Source: Deltaproteobacteria bacterium (GTDB lineage Bacteria > Desulfobacterota > Desulfomonilia > UBA1062). From it: a stretch of 64,000 nucleotides of DNA. The position numbers and the translations under genes were made by a program. Below are positions 55,245 through 64,000 of the stretch, in pieces. The stretch covers positions 4,647 through 68,646 of the forward strand of contig WFSG01000040.1 of the NCBI GenBank assembly GCA_015486075.1, in the 5' to 3' direction. The notes below the pieces were generated by a model, which saw only the letters and a program-made list of their open reading frames with translations, had not been told where the DNA came from and did not search any database. Within the stretch, counting starts at the first letter, position 1, and the number at the start of each line of letters is the position of its first letter.

Positions 55245-56596
55245 TTCTCCTCCATGAATGCACGGTAAGCCAGGTATGTAGAGTATAGATCAACCTTTGA
55301 CGCTACCTCGAAGGGCGCATGCATGGATAGCAGCGCAGGACCCATGTCCACTATCTCCATGCCGTACTCAGCAAGGTACTTTGCAACCGTACCACCACCT
55401 CCCTCGTCAACCTTACCCAGCTCCCCTGTCTGCCAGGGTATGCTTCTCCTGTTAAGAATGGATCTAATCCAGGCCATGTACTCGGCCCTTGCCTCGCTTG
55501 AACCTGACTTACCCCTAGAGCCTGTGAACTTGGTAACGCAGACCCCATAACCAAGCTTGGCCGCATTTGTCTTCTCGTGCACTTCTGGATAATCAGGATC
55601 AAGGGCACCGTTCACGTCGGCCGAGATGGCAAGGCTCTTGAATAATACCCTGGAGGGCACAATATTCGACCCTAGTCGCTCCCCTATATCCCAGACAACC
55701 TCTTCCAAGAACCTGCTCTTTGCACCAGTGTTGCCCTCACTACCTATCTCTTCCTTGTCCACGAGCAGGACCACTGTGGTGTAAGGCAGATCCTTTGCCT
55801 CAATCAATGCCTTAAGCGCAGCCCATGCACATGACCTGTCATCATGACCGTAGGCCCCTATCATGGAAGAATCCAGACCTACCTCCCTGGCAGGTCCAGC
55901 AGGTACGATCTCCAGGTCAGCAGACACAAAGTCTTCTTCCACCATGTTGTACTTCCTTTTCAACAGATCCAATATTGCTTTTTTTACCTTGTCTTCCTTT
56001 GCGCCGGTATCTGGCCTGGACCCCACAATAAGGTTGAGCCTCTCCCCCTCAAAGGCATCGCTTACCTTTTTGTTGTACTGCTTCTGGGCAAGGTGCGGAA
56101 GCAGGTCTTCTATGGTAAAACATACATCTTTATCTCTCTCTCCTATAACAAGGTCTACAACGCTGCCATCTTCTTTGGCAATCCTACCATGCATCGCCAG
56201 TGGTCTTGCGAGCCACTGGTACTTTTTTATGCCACCGTAATAATGGGTCTTTAGCATAGCGATCTCTGTGTCCTCATATAGAGGGTTTACCTTAAGGTCA
56301 AGCCTGGGAGAATCAATGTGCGCAACCACTATACGTATGCCATCCATTGGGGTTATCTTGCCCTCTTTCCAGAGTGCTATGGCCTTTCCTCTGTTCTCAA
56401 GGTACACAATACCCTCCAAGGTATCCACCACCTTCTTGACGTAATCAACGGCCTCTCTCTCTGTCTTAACACCTGAGATAAATTTCATATACTCCTTGCA
56501 ATAGGCATCTATCTCTTTATACTTACCCTTGAGTTTCTCCCAGCCAGACATCTTCTCTTGCTTGGCTTTACTCTTGCTTGTCCTTTTCTCCACCAT
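55241..56596 (-). CDS. M18-family aminopeptidase (aspartyl/peptidase M18-like)
   Basis: VVAHIDSPRLDLK metal-binding motif; 451 aa; M18/M42-type dinuclear zinc aminopeptidase architecture. Confidence 0.7.
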   Translation of the reverse strand: MVEKRTSKSKAKQEKMSGWEKLKGKYKEIDAYCKEYMKFISGVKTEREAVDYVKKVVDTLEGIVYLENRGKAIALWKEGKITPMDGIRIVVAHIDSPRLDLKVNPLYEDTEIAMLKTHYYGGIKKYQWLARPLAMHGRIAKEDGSVVDLVIGERDKDVCFTIEDLLPHLAQKQYNKKVSDAFEGERLNLIVGSRPDTGAKEDKVKKAILDLLKRKYNMVEEDFVSADLEIVPAGPAREVGLDSSMIGAYGHDDRSCAWAALKALIEAKDLPYTTVVLLVDKEEIGSEGNTGAKSRFLEEVVWDIGERLGSNIVPSRVLFKSLAISADVNGALDPDYPEVHEKTNAAKLGYGVCVTKFTGSRGKSGSSEARAEYMAWIRSILNRRSIPWQTGELGKVDEGGGGTVAKYLAEYGMEIVDMGPALLSMHAPFEVASKVDLYSTYLAYRAFMEEK

Positions 56597-56726
56597 GCTC
56601 TTCCCCTATCTTCTCTGAGTAAACCTCGGTTATGGCCCTTACCTGTATGCCGGCAGCCTTGAGGGCTTTCCGCACATCTGCCTTGCTTGCATCGCTCACT
56701 TTAAGGATAAAACTCGAGTTCTTCAT
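56568..56726 (-). CDS. 52-aa small ORF translationally coupled to the radical SAM gene
   Basis: Hand-translated as MKNSSFILKVSDASKADVRKALKAAGIQVRAITEVYSEKIGEEHGGEKDKQE. Its ATG overlaps the upstream stop as ATGA, it is preceded by GGAGGT, and it overlaps the aminopeptidase start by 29 nt. Below the ORF-track size cutoff. Confidence 0.35.
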   Translation of the reverse strand: MKNSSFILKVSDASKADVRKALKAAGIQVRAITEVYSEKIGEEHGGEKDKQE

Positions 56727-57751
56727 AGAAACCTCCCTGGTATTAGCTTGTTACACTTGGTACACCTACCCTCTGTTATATTGTTTTGCCTTACAAAAAA
56801 ACCATTCCTTGAGATAAGAAGCGCCCCGCATTCAGGACAGTACGTGTCTTCACCCTTGCTTGACGCAATATTACCCGTATACACGAATTTAAGCCCTTCA
56901 GAAAGACCTATCTCGCGTGCCATCTCCACGGTTGACAAGGGTGTGGGTGGTGCCTTGTCATAGAGATATCTCGGGAAGTACCTGCTCACATGCCAGGGAA
57001 TGTCAGGGCTTACGGAGTATATGAACCTGGCGATATCCTTTAGTTCCTCCTTGGAGTCGTTCTCTCCAGGTATCACAAGGGTCGTTATTTCCAGCCAGAC
57101 ACCGCTATCATGGTATGCCTTTATTGAATCAAGAACGTGTTGCAGCCGACCAGCACATAGCCTTCTATAAAAACGATCAGAGAACGACTTGAGATCAATG
57201 TTTGCCGCATCTATAAGACCTTTCAGGTCTTTCCTTATGATGTCCGTGCTTACGTAGCCGTTTGTCACGAGTAGATTGAGCATGTGCTCCCTTGCTGCCA
57301 GCCTTGCCGTATCAATGACATACTCCATGAAAATAGTGGGTTCGGTATAGGTGTAAGCAATGCTTGAACAGCCACTTTCCCTTGCCAGCCTTACCACCTC
57401 CTTGGGTGGTAAGTCATCTCCCACTATCCTGCCCGTCAGTATGGGGTATTGCGATATGTCACTGTTCTGGCAGAACCTGCACCTGAAGTTGCACCCGACC
57501 GTTGCAATAGAATAGGCAAGGGTGCCGGGTAGGACGTGAAAAAATGGTTTTTTCTCTATGGGATCCACGTTTGCGGCAACTGCCTTGGGCCATACAAGGG
57601 TATAGAGTTCACCTCCAATGTTCTTCCTAACGCCACAAACGCCCACGCCACCTTCCTTGATTATGCACCTGTGGGGACACAGCTCGCACCTTACATCATT
57701 ACCCTTAAGCCTTCTCCAATAGCTTGCCTTCTTCACGCGTAGACCCCGCAA
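56723..57751 (-). CDS. AmmeMemoRadiSam-system radical SAM enzyme (PflA-like)
   Basis: CNFRCRFCQN CxxxCxxC motif after an N-terminal cysteine-rich CELCPHRC...GVCGVR region and a C-terminal CPECG...C..C zinc ribbon. These match the radical SAM member of the AMMECR1/MEMO1/radical-SAM triad. Confidence 0.75.
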   Translation of the reverse strand: MRGLRVKKASYWRRLKGNDVRCELCPHRCIIKEGGVGVCGVRKNIGGELYTLVWPKAVAANVDPIEKKPFFHVLPGTLAYSIATVGCNFRCRFCQNSDISQYPILTGRIVGDDLPPKEVVRLARESGCSSIAYTYTEPTIFMEYVIDTARLAAREHMLNLLVTNGYVSTDIIRKDLKGLIDAANIDLKSFSDRFYRRLCAGRLQHVLDSIKAYHDSGVWLEITTLVIPGENDSKEELKDIARFIYSVSPDIPWHVSRYFPRYLYDKAPPTPLSTVEMAREIGLSEGLKFVYTGNIASSKGEDTYCPECGALLISRNGFFVRQNNITEGRCTKCNKLIPGRFL

Positions 57752-57766
57752 ACCCTTAACATGTCC

Positions 57767-59425
57767 TTAGTCCCTGTACCTTGCCCCCTTGTCCGCAGAG
57801 AGACTCATACTTGCATATCTTTTTAGAACACCAGTGAGCGTTCTCTCCGGTTGCCTCCAGTTCTCACTCCTCTTCTGTATCTCTTCATCGCTCACCAGCA
57901 GATCTATTCTCCTCCCTGGGATATCTATCTCTATCACGTCACCTTCCTTTACAAGGGCTATGGGCCCACCCTCTGCTGCCTCTGGCGAGCAATGGCCAAC
58001 CGCTGCTCCTCTTGTTCCACCGCTGAACCTGCCGTCCGTTATAAGCGCAACATCAGTATCCAGCCCCATGCCAGCTATGGCAGAGGTAGGGGTAAGCATT
58101 TCCCTCATGCCAGGACCGCCCTTTGGTCCCTCGTAACGTATTACCACTGCATCTCCCTTCTCTATCTTGCCAGACATTATGGCCTCGGTTGCATCTTCTT
58201 CCGAGTCAAATACCCTTGCCCTTGCCTTTACCTTCATCATCTCCGGAAGTACGCCAGACTGCTTGACAACTGCACCGTCCGGGGCAAGACTACCCCTAAG
58301 GATGGCAATGCCACCCTCTTCGTGGTACGGGGAGGTGGTAGGCCTTATCACCTCTGAATTTGTTATCCTAGCTTGTTCAAGGTTTTTCTCAAGCCTTGAT
58401 CCTGTTACTGTCATGACCGAAGTGTCAAGCACTCCCAGACCTGAGAGGCGTTTCATGACGCCCATTACCCCACCCGCATAGTACAGGTCCTCTATGTGAT
58501 AGGGTCCAGCCGGTGACATGTTGCACAGGTGAGGGACCTTCCGACTCATGCGGTCAAAGTCATCAAGTTCGAGCTCAATACCAGCTTCGTATGCTATGGC
58601 AGGAACGTGAAGCACCGTGTTGGTGGAACAGCCGAGTGCCATGTCCACGGCTATGGCATTCATGAAGGACTCCTTCGTTGCTATGTCTCTCGGCCTTATA
58701 TCCTTTTCTAGCAGTTCCATGACCTTCATACCAGCGTGTTTTGCAAGCCTCAACCTTATAGATAACGGGGCAGGAATGGTACCGTTTCCTGGCAGGCCCA
58801 GACCAAGTGCCTCGGTTAGGCAGTTCATAGAGTTGGCAGTGAACATGCCAGAGCATGAACCACATGATGGACACGCTGCATCTTCCAGTTCCTTCAGGTC
58901 TTGCTCGGTTATTTTTCCCGCCTTGAGCTCGCCAACACCCTCGAAAACGCTTATAAGATCAACTGTCCTCCCATCAAGCCTGCCAGCGAGCATTGGACCA
59001 CCAGACACAACTATGGATGGTATGTTGAGCCTGAGACATGCCATGAGCATACCCGGGACTATCTTGTCGCAGTTTGGCACGAACACCATTGCGTCAAAGG
59101 CATGGCCCATTGCTATAAGCTCTATGGAATCCGCTATGATTTCCCTCGTGGGCAAGGAATACTTCATTCCCTCGTGGTTCATGGCGATACCATCACACAT
59201 GCCTATGACCGAGAATTCCATGGGCGTCCCCCCTGCGAGTCTCACTCCTGCCTTTACAGCAGATACTACCTGGTTCAGGTGCATGTGCCCTGGTATCAGT
59301 TCGTTTGCCGAGTTCACTATACCCACGAAAGGCCTAGCTATCTCCTCATCCGTAAGGCCCAACGCCTTCATTAAAGACCTGTGCGGTGCCTTTTCTACTG
59401 ATTTCTTGGTTTTGTCACTCCTCAT
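57767..59425 (-). CDS. ilvD: dihydroxy-acid dehydratase
   Basis: ILVD/EDD motifs ([47 protein letters not shown]); 552 aa. Confidence 0.9.
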   Translation of the reverse strand: MRSDKTKKSVEKAPHRSLMKALGLTDEEIARPFVGIVNSANELIPGHMHLNQVVSAVKAGVRLAGGTPMEFSVIGMCDGIAMNHEGMKYSLPTREIIADSIELIAMGHAFDAMVFVPNCDKIVPGMLMACLRLNIPSIVVSGGPMLAGRLDGRTVDLISVFEGVGELKAGKITEQDLKELEDAACPSCGSCSGMFTANSMNCLTEALGLGLPGNGTIPAPLSIRLRLAKHAGMKVMELLEKDIRPRDIATKESFMNAIAVDMALGCSTNTVLHVPAIAYEAGIELELDDFDRMSRKVPHLCNMSPAGPYHIEDLYYAGGVMGVMKRLSGLGVLDTSVMTVTGSRLEKNLEQARITNSEVIRPTTSPYHEEGGIAILRGSLAPDGAVVKQSGVLPEMMKVKARARVFDSEEDATEAIMSGKIEKGDAVVIRYEGPKGGPGMREMLTPTSAIAGMGLDTDVALITDGRFSGGTRGAAVGHCSPEAAEGGPIALVKEGDVIEIDIPGRRIDLLVSDEEIQKRSENWRQPERTLTGVLKRYASMSLSADKGARYRD

Positions 59426-59510
59426 CTAATATCACCTCTCAACTTGTGTTTTAGGCCGAAGTATTGCACCAAACATCTCTGTTTTCAAGGCCAGGTTGTC
59501 CTAACAAGGA

Positions 59511-59936
59511 TTACACGATGGTTATCACCACTTCTCTCTTTGACCTCGGGCCGTCGAACTCACAAAAAAATATGTTCTGCCACGTGCTGAGCAGTAGCTC
59601 ACCATTCCTTATGGGTATAACCTCGGAAGGACCAACTATCCCTGCCTTTATGTGGGCATCGGCATTGCCATCGACCCTATCGTGTAACCACTTACCTCTA
59701 GGTGCAATATTTCTAAGGCAGTTCAACACGTCAGTCTGTATGTTAGGATCCCAGTTTTCCTGTATCATGATGGCAGCTGTTGCACCCCTAGCGTAAAGAG
59801 CACACAGATCTTTCCCTTGTCCATGTTCTCTAACAATTCCCCTTATCTTTTCGGTGATATCAACCAGTTCCTCTCTGTGGGTTGTGGAAAACGTTATGGT
59901 TAACTGCATGGTATATCCATATAACACCTGGGGCAC
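59511..59936 (-). CDS. yjbQ: YjbQ/UPF0047-family secondary thiamine-phosphate synthase
   Basis: 141 aa; conserved DGNADAH...IPI..G.L.LGTWQ motif (DRVDGNADAHIKAGIVGPSEVIPIRNGELLLSTWQNIFFCEFDGPR). Confidence 0.8.
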   Translation of the reverse strand: MPQVLYGYTMQLTITFSTTHREELVDITEKIRGIVREHGQGKDLCALYARGATAAIMIQENWDPNIQTDVLNCLRNIAPRGKWLHDRVDGNADAHIKAGIVGPSEVIPIRNGELLLSTWQNIFFCEFDGPRSKREVVITIV

Positions 59937-60072
59937 ACCTGTATCAATATCTCAGTAACCTCTGCCATGTAGCCACGAGAGCGTGACACCTCGATATTAC
60001 TGGATTGCAACAAGATTATTAGGCTAACGATTAATCTTGCCTTGCCTTGAAAGATTCAGATGAGATAGATAC

Positions 60073-60708
60073 TTGAGAATGACGTTGACCTTGTTTTTCC
60101 TTAGTGCTGCATTGATAAGCCTTTCCGGGGTAATGGCACCCGGCCCTCTCACTGCTGCCACGGTTGCATACGGTAACAGAAACCCTAGCGCAGGTGCACT
60201 TGTTGCATTGGGTCACGGCATAGCGGAATTTCCCATCATGGCAATCATAGCACTCGGCCTTGGCAATATACTTAAAAACCCTGGAACGAGCATCTTGATA
60301 GGCTTAGCAGGAGGCATTCTCCTTATCTACATGGGTCTCAACATGCTGAGAAGTCATGCCAACAAAGACATTACACACGTAAAGGAGCCATCTAGAAATC
60401 CTGTCGTTGGTGGTATTGTACTAAGCCTTGGTAATCCATATTTCCTCGTCTGGTGGGCAACGGTAGGTGCCGCCTTGATAGCGACTTCCCTAAAGTTCGG
60501 CATCTTGGTCTTTTTCCTGTTTGCCGTCGTGCATTGGTCAATGGATCTATTCTGGTGTTACATCCTCTCTTTTACAACCTTCAGGGCAGGTAATATCTGG
60601 GGGGATAAGTTCTCAAGGGCCATTATCGCTTTCTGTAGTATCACCCTGGTATTCTTTGGAGGAATGTTTGTCTATCTTGCATTCAAGTCTATAATCTTTA
60701 ATACATAG
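60073..60708 (+). CDS. LysE/RhtB-family amino-acid exporter
   Basis: Six-TM protein of 211 aa with LysE-type N-terminal GPxxxxxxG (MAPGPLTAATVAYG) and NPYFLVWW motifs. Confidence 0.65.
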   Translation: MRMTLTLFFLSAALISLSGVMAPGPLTAATVAYGNRNPSAGALVALGHGIAEFPIMAIIALGLGNILKNPGTSILIGLAGGILLIYMGLNMLRSHANKDITHVKEPSRNPVVGGIVLSLGNPYFLVWWATVGAALIATSLKFGILVFFLFAVVHWSMDLFWCYILSFTTFRAGNIWGDKFSRAIIAFCSITLVFFGGMFVYLAFKSIIFNT

Positions 60709-60714
60709 TGGACA

Positions 60715-61548
60715 TCACCATGCATGTAGCATCACAGGTTCGCCTCTTTGGTCTTCAATACCCTTCATCCTGAAGTGGTATCCAGGGTTGAGATCTTTCA
60801 GCATTTGCATCAGGGCAGTAGCATCGCCTGGTTTGTGGTAAGTTGTAATAGCAATCCTTGGTTTTAATCTACTTATCGTATCCCTTGCACCTTCCAAAAG
60901 CTTCATCTCATACCCCTCCAGGTCTGCCTTTATATAAGAAGGCCTTGTTCTGGTCCTGCTACAGAAGTTATCAATGGTATCCAGCTCTATCTTGTAAGGG
61001 GTCTTTTCTTCTGTCACAGCCGAGACAATTCCGTCTTCCTTGAGGTACGCAATGCCAGTGCTGTTTCCCAGTGCACTTGCTATTATGGTAACATTGTCCA
61101 CGTTTCCGAATGTTTTCTCAAGGCAGGGGTGGAAATCTACCAGGGGCTCGAAACAGTATACATGTCTTGCCCTTTTGTAGACAAGGTATGCGAACAAGCC
61201 CTCGGCAGCACCGCAATCAAGAACAACGTCGCCATTTACCCTTGTCTGCTCTACCTCGTAGTAGTGCCATGTCCAAGGATAGAACTGCTCGGCAATTATC
61301 TGGTGCAGCATTAGCATGTCCATTTTAGAGGGAAAGAAGAAAGGCTCTGTGTATCCCTTGAAAAATATCTTGTGGCAGTCGCCTTCCTTGTTCATACCTT
61401 CTATGCGTCTTGAAGCCAGCACGCTGCACGTTGGGGCAAAAACGTTCATTATAAAATCAAAAAAGGAACCACCTAGTGTCTTTTTCGTCACGGCATGAGC
61501 AAGTATCCTTGTTCTTCTGTTGTTAAGGAGATTTACCATGACGCACAT
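60715..61548 (-). CDS. FkbM-family SAM-dependent methyltransferase
   Basis: VVLDCGAAEGLFAYLV motif I; about 270-aa FkbM-type fold. Confidence 0.65.
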   Translation of the reverse strand: MCVMVNLLNNRRTRILAHAVTKKTLGGSFFDFIMNVFAPTCSVLASRRIEGMNKEGDCHKIFFKGYTEPFFFPSKMDMLMLHQIIAEQFYPWTWHYYEVEQTRVNGDVVLDCGAAEGLFAYLVYKRARHVYCFEPLVDFHPCLEKTFGNVDNVTIIASALGNSTGIAYLKEDGIVSAVTEEKTPYKIELDTIDNFCSRTRTRPSYIKADLEGYEMKLLEGARDTISRLKPRIAITTYHKPGDATALMQMLKDLNPGYHFRMKGIEDQRGEPVMLHAW

Positions 61549-61609
61549 GTTACAACACTAGTCAGCTAACTACCACAGGAAATTCTTACTCCTAGGACGT
61601 CTCCAGGAT

Positions 61610-62500
61610 TTACACCTCGTGCTTGAGGCCCAGCCTCCTCCATAGGAACATTACTATCCAGTCACGCATGCGTTCCGGGGCAAACTTTGCTATCATGTAA
61701 GTGAGTTTTGCATCCCAGCCTACTATGTAATGATACCTTGGCCTCTCTGATGTAAGTGCATGTTCCACTGCCCTCGCAACCTTGGCTGCAGGGGTTGCGA
61801 CCCTCTCGATCCTTCGCGGATGATCAAGTACATTGAGCACAGCCCTTATGGCAGGACCGTAAAGGTCATGGGCATCCCTGGGAAAGTTCTCCACTGTCCT
61901 ATGGGCAGCATCCCTTGCCTTGTCCCACATGGGTGTCTTGACTATGCTTGGTTCTATTATGGATACCGAGATGTCCCACGGCCGAAGTTCCAGCCGAAGG
62001 GAATCAGTTATTGCCTCAAGGCCTGCCTTGGATGCCGAGTATAAACTTAAGAAAGGCTGAGGCATGACACCCGTTATCGAGCCCATAAACACTATACGGC
62101 CCCTACCCTCCCTTATCATGGGGAGAAATGTCTGCGTAACCCTTGTATGTCCAATAACATTCACTTCAAGCTGCCTGCGCACATCCCCCACGGTAAGAAA
62201 CTCGAAGAGCCCTCCAACACTTATACCTGCATTGTTTACAAGCCCCTGTATGCCTGCACCTCCAACCTTGGCACTTATCTCCCTTGAAGCTGACTTTATT
62301 GATCTCCCATTTGTTATATCGATGTGTATAGGTATCAGATTCCCAGACGATTCCTTTTCAAGTGCCAGGGCATCTGATTCCTTACGTACACCGGCAAAGA
62401 CCCTGAACCCCATCCTATCGAGGTGCAGGGCACAAACCCTTCCTATACCCGTTGACGAGCCTGTTATGAAGACGGCTCTTGAATCGCTGAAGTCATTCAT
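61610..62500 (-). CDS. short-chain dehydrogenase/reductase (classical SDR)
   Basis: VFITGSSTGIGR Rossmann motif, NNAG, and catalytic YSASKAGLE; 296 aa. Confidence 0.85.
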   Translation of the reverse strand: MNDFSDSRAVFITGSSTGIGRVCALHLDRMGFRVFAGVRKESDALALEKESSGNLIPIHIDITNGRSIKSASREISAKVGGAGIQGLVNNAGISVGGLFEFLTVGDVRRQLEVNVIGHTRVTQTFLPMIREGRGRIVFMGSITGVMPQPFLSLYSASKAGLEAITDSLRLELRPWDISVSIIEPSIVKTPMWDKARDAAHRTVENFPRDAHDLYGPAIRAVLNVLDHPRRIERVATPAAKVARAVEHALTSERPRYHYIVGWDAKLTYMIAKFAPERMRDWIVMFLWRRLGLKHEV

Positions 62501-62982
62501 GCTTACCTAGCTAACCTCCTTCTGCTTGATACATCAGGCATATATTTAATATACGGCATTATTATTAATAAATCATAACACACGTTAAGGGTATCTTTAT
62601 TACCACAGGTATCTTGTAATTTTAAACATCTCTCTATCCAGCCAGTCAATCTCCCGTCTCATAGGTATCGTCCATATGAACAAATTTAGACACTGTATGA
62701 AAAACTTTTCAGATAAATGGTAAATCTTTTCATACCCAGAAAACTATGCAAATTATTTCATAAATATTAACTAATTAATTATATTAATTATCTCCTCAGA
62801 AATACTAGATTATTAACTGGTAGTCTGCTCGTATTTATCCCGTGCTTTAGGCAACATTATCTGGCACAAATTGTGAAATGTCCATTTATCGTGTTTGGAC
62901 AGGGTATATTTCGTTCCATTTGGGCTAGGGACAAAACAATTTACCTACTTAACATTGAGACTAAAGGATGGAGGAGAGCATC

Positions 62983-64000
62983 ATGGTAAGAGGTTCAGTT
63001 ATTGAGAGTCTAGGCGTGTACATACCAGAGGGCAGGCTTACAACCAAGGAGTTACTCGAGGGTTGCAGGAACAAGCCTAATATAGACCTTGAGGGCATAA
63101 CAGGTATCAAGGAAAGGCCAGTGGTCGGCGAGAACGAGTATGTCCTCGATCTATCCAGGAAGGCTGTCTCAAAGTGCTTCGAGATATCTAGGTACTCTCC
63201 TGAAGACATGGATATGGTTATCTGTGCCAACATTTCAAGATATAATGGTCCAGATTACAAGGCCAACTTCGAGCCTTCAAACGCGGCGATCCTTGCAAAA
63301 GACTTTGATTTTTCCAATGCCATACTCTTTGACGAGCCGAATGCGTGCGCAGGCATGTTTACTGCCATATACGTGATGGACTCCTTCATCAGGGCTGGCA
63401 TAATAAGGAGGGGAATAATAATAAGCGGTGAGTACCTGACCTGCCTTTCACGCACGGCACAGAAAGAGATCAGCCAACCAATAGATCCGCAGTTTGCTAG
63501 CATGACGGTCGGTGATTCCGGTGCAGCACTCATACTTGATGGGACAAATAGCAAGGATATCGGTTTCCACGATCTTGACGTGTTCACCATTGCAAAGCAC
63601 TGCGACCTGTGCATAGGAACATGGAGCAAGCAGGAACACGGTGGTTTTGTCATGTATACTGATTCGGTTCGTATCCACTCGGTAGCTATTGGTCTTACTG
63701 CAGAGCACGTGGCCAGAAATGTTAAGGGGACAAAGTGGGAGCAGAGTAGCAATCACCATTACATCATGCACCAGACCGCTGTCAGAGCAATAGAGACCAC
63801 TACAAATAGCATAAACTCCAGTGCCGGAACCGAGGTATGCTCACCTGATAATACTATAGTCAACGTGATCCATAGGGGAAACAGTGCATCAACTGCTCAT
63901 TTCGTTGCACTCTGGGATCACATAAAGAACAGGACAATAAGAAAGGGCGAGAACATACTCTTTGCTGTACAATCGTCAGGGATAAACCTAGGTGTTGCAA
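62983..64000 (+). CDS. FabH-like 3-oxoacyl-ACP synthase III (KAS III) homolog, 3' end outside window
   Basis: Hand-translated from the ATG at 62983 (GGAGGAGAGCATC upstream). Cys in DEPNACAGMFTAIYVMD, His in IMHQTAVRAIE, and Asn in IHRGNSASTAHFVAL give a FabH-type triad. The ORF runs off the window end. Confidence 0.65.
   Translation, partial: MVRGSVIESLGVYIPEGRLTTKELLEGCRNKPNIDLEGITGIKERPVVGENEYVLDLSRKAVSKCFEISRYSPEDMDMVICANISRYNGPDYKANFEPSNAAILAKDFDFSNAILFDEPNACAGMFTAIYVMDSFIRAGIIRRGIIISGEYLTCLSRTAQKEISQPIDPQFASMTVGDSGAALILDGTNSKDIGFHDLDVFTIAKHCDLCIGTWSKQEHGGFVMYTDSVRIHSVAIGLTAEHVARNVKGTKWEQSSNHHYIMHQTAVRAIETTTNSINSSAGTEVCSPDNTIVNVIHRGNSASTAHFVALWDHIKNRTIRKGENILFAVQSSGINLGVA

Noticed and set aside
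59937-60072. TPP riboswitch upstream of the thiamine-related yjbQ gene (GGGGCACAC / CTGAGA-like strings)
   Set aside because: On the yjbQ-sense (minus) strand, the CUGAGA-like element precedes the GCCCC element, the reverse of the THI-box order. The pyrimidine-binding ACCUGAUCUGGAUAAUGCCAGCG-like segment is absent.

Overview
This 64 kb window appears to come from an anaerobic bacterium. The ATA/AGG-rich codon usage and the tungsten-type aldehyde:ferredoxin oxidoreductase (AOR) plus glycyl radical enzyme (GRE) content suggest a Nitrospirota/Thermodesulfovibrio-like lineage, but this is a low-confidence inference. It holds about 50 genes in four blocks.

(1) Positions 1-13.3 kb: an MFS transporter and an acyl-CoA ligase, followed by a 10 kb minus-strand block. 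In transcription order the block is gntR, a GRE of unknown substrate, its GRE activating enzyme (GRE-AE), a PNPOx-like flavoprotein, an orphan ycaO, nnr and a Zn alcohol dehydrogenase. The block is interrupted twice by ~400-500 bp non-coding elements. Each element has a conserved ~150 bp core flanked by inverted arms of degenerate heptamer tandem repeats (CCYTRYA / TRYARGG).

(2) 13.5-16.3 kb: a hybrid PAS sensor kinase/response regulator.

(3) 16.6-38.9 kb: a co-directional glycan-assembly operon of about 22 kb. It encodes a CDP-hexose pathway (rfbF, rfbG, a 3,5-epimerase, a TylCIII-type C-methyltransferase, a reductase and a CmcI-type O-methyltransferase). It also encodes a 2769-aa mega-enzyme that fuses seven GT2 domains, a CgeB-like domain, a methyltransferase-like domain, a B12-binding radical SAM domain and TPR repeats. 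Downstream are two GT9 paralogs, a GT2-GT2-TPR protein and an internally duplicated CgeB-like protein. The operon is followed by a glycerate kinase and a fliS module driven by a sigma28-like promoter.

(4) 41.9-64 kb: housekeeping and metabolic genes. These are maf-glpK-mlaE; AOR with a polyferredoxin and an ADH; serS plus two tRNA-Ser genes; an Obg/YchF-family GTPase; and a tightly overlapping minus-strand operon in which ilvD is followed by a lone AmmeMemoRadiSam radical SAM enzyme, a 52-aa ORF, an M18 aminopeptidase, a histidine-kinase-like protein, a NUDIX hydrolase and polA. The block ends with yjbQ, a LysE transporter, an FkbM methyltransferase, an SDR and a partial FabH-like KAS III.

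No CRISPR arrays, transposases or integrases were seen.

The most unusual items are the twin heptamer-repeat palindromic elements that bracket the orphan ycaO, and the giant radical-SAM-containing multi-glycosyltransferase within what looks like a protein (possibly flagellin) glycosylation island.
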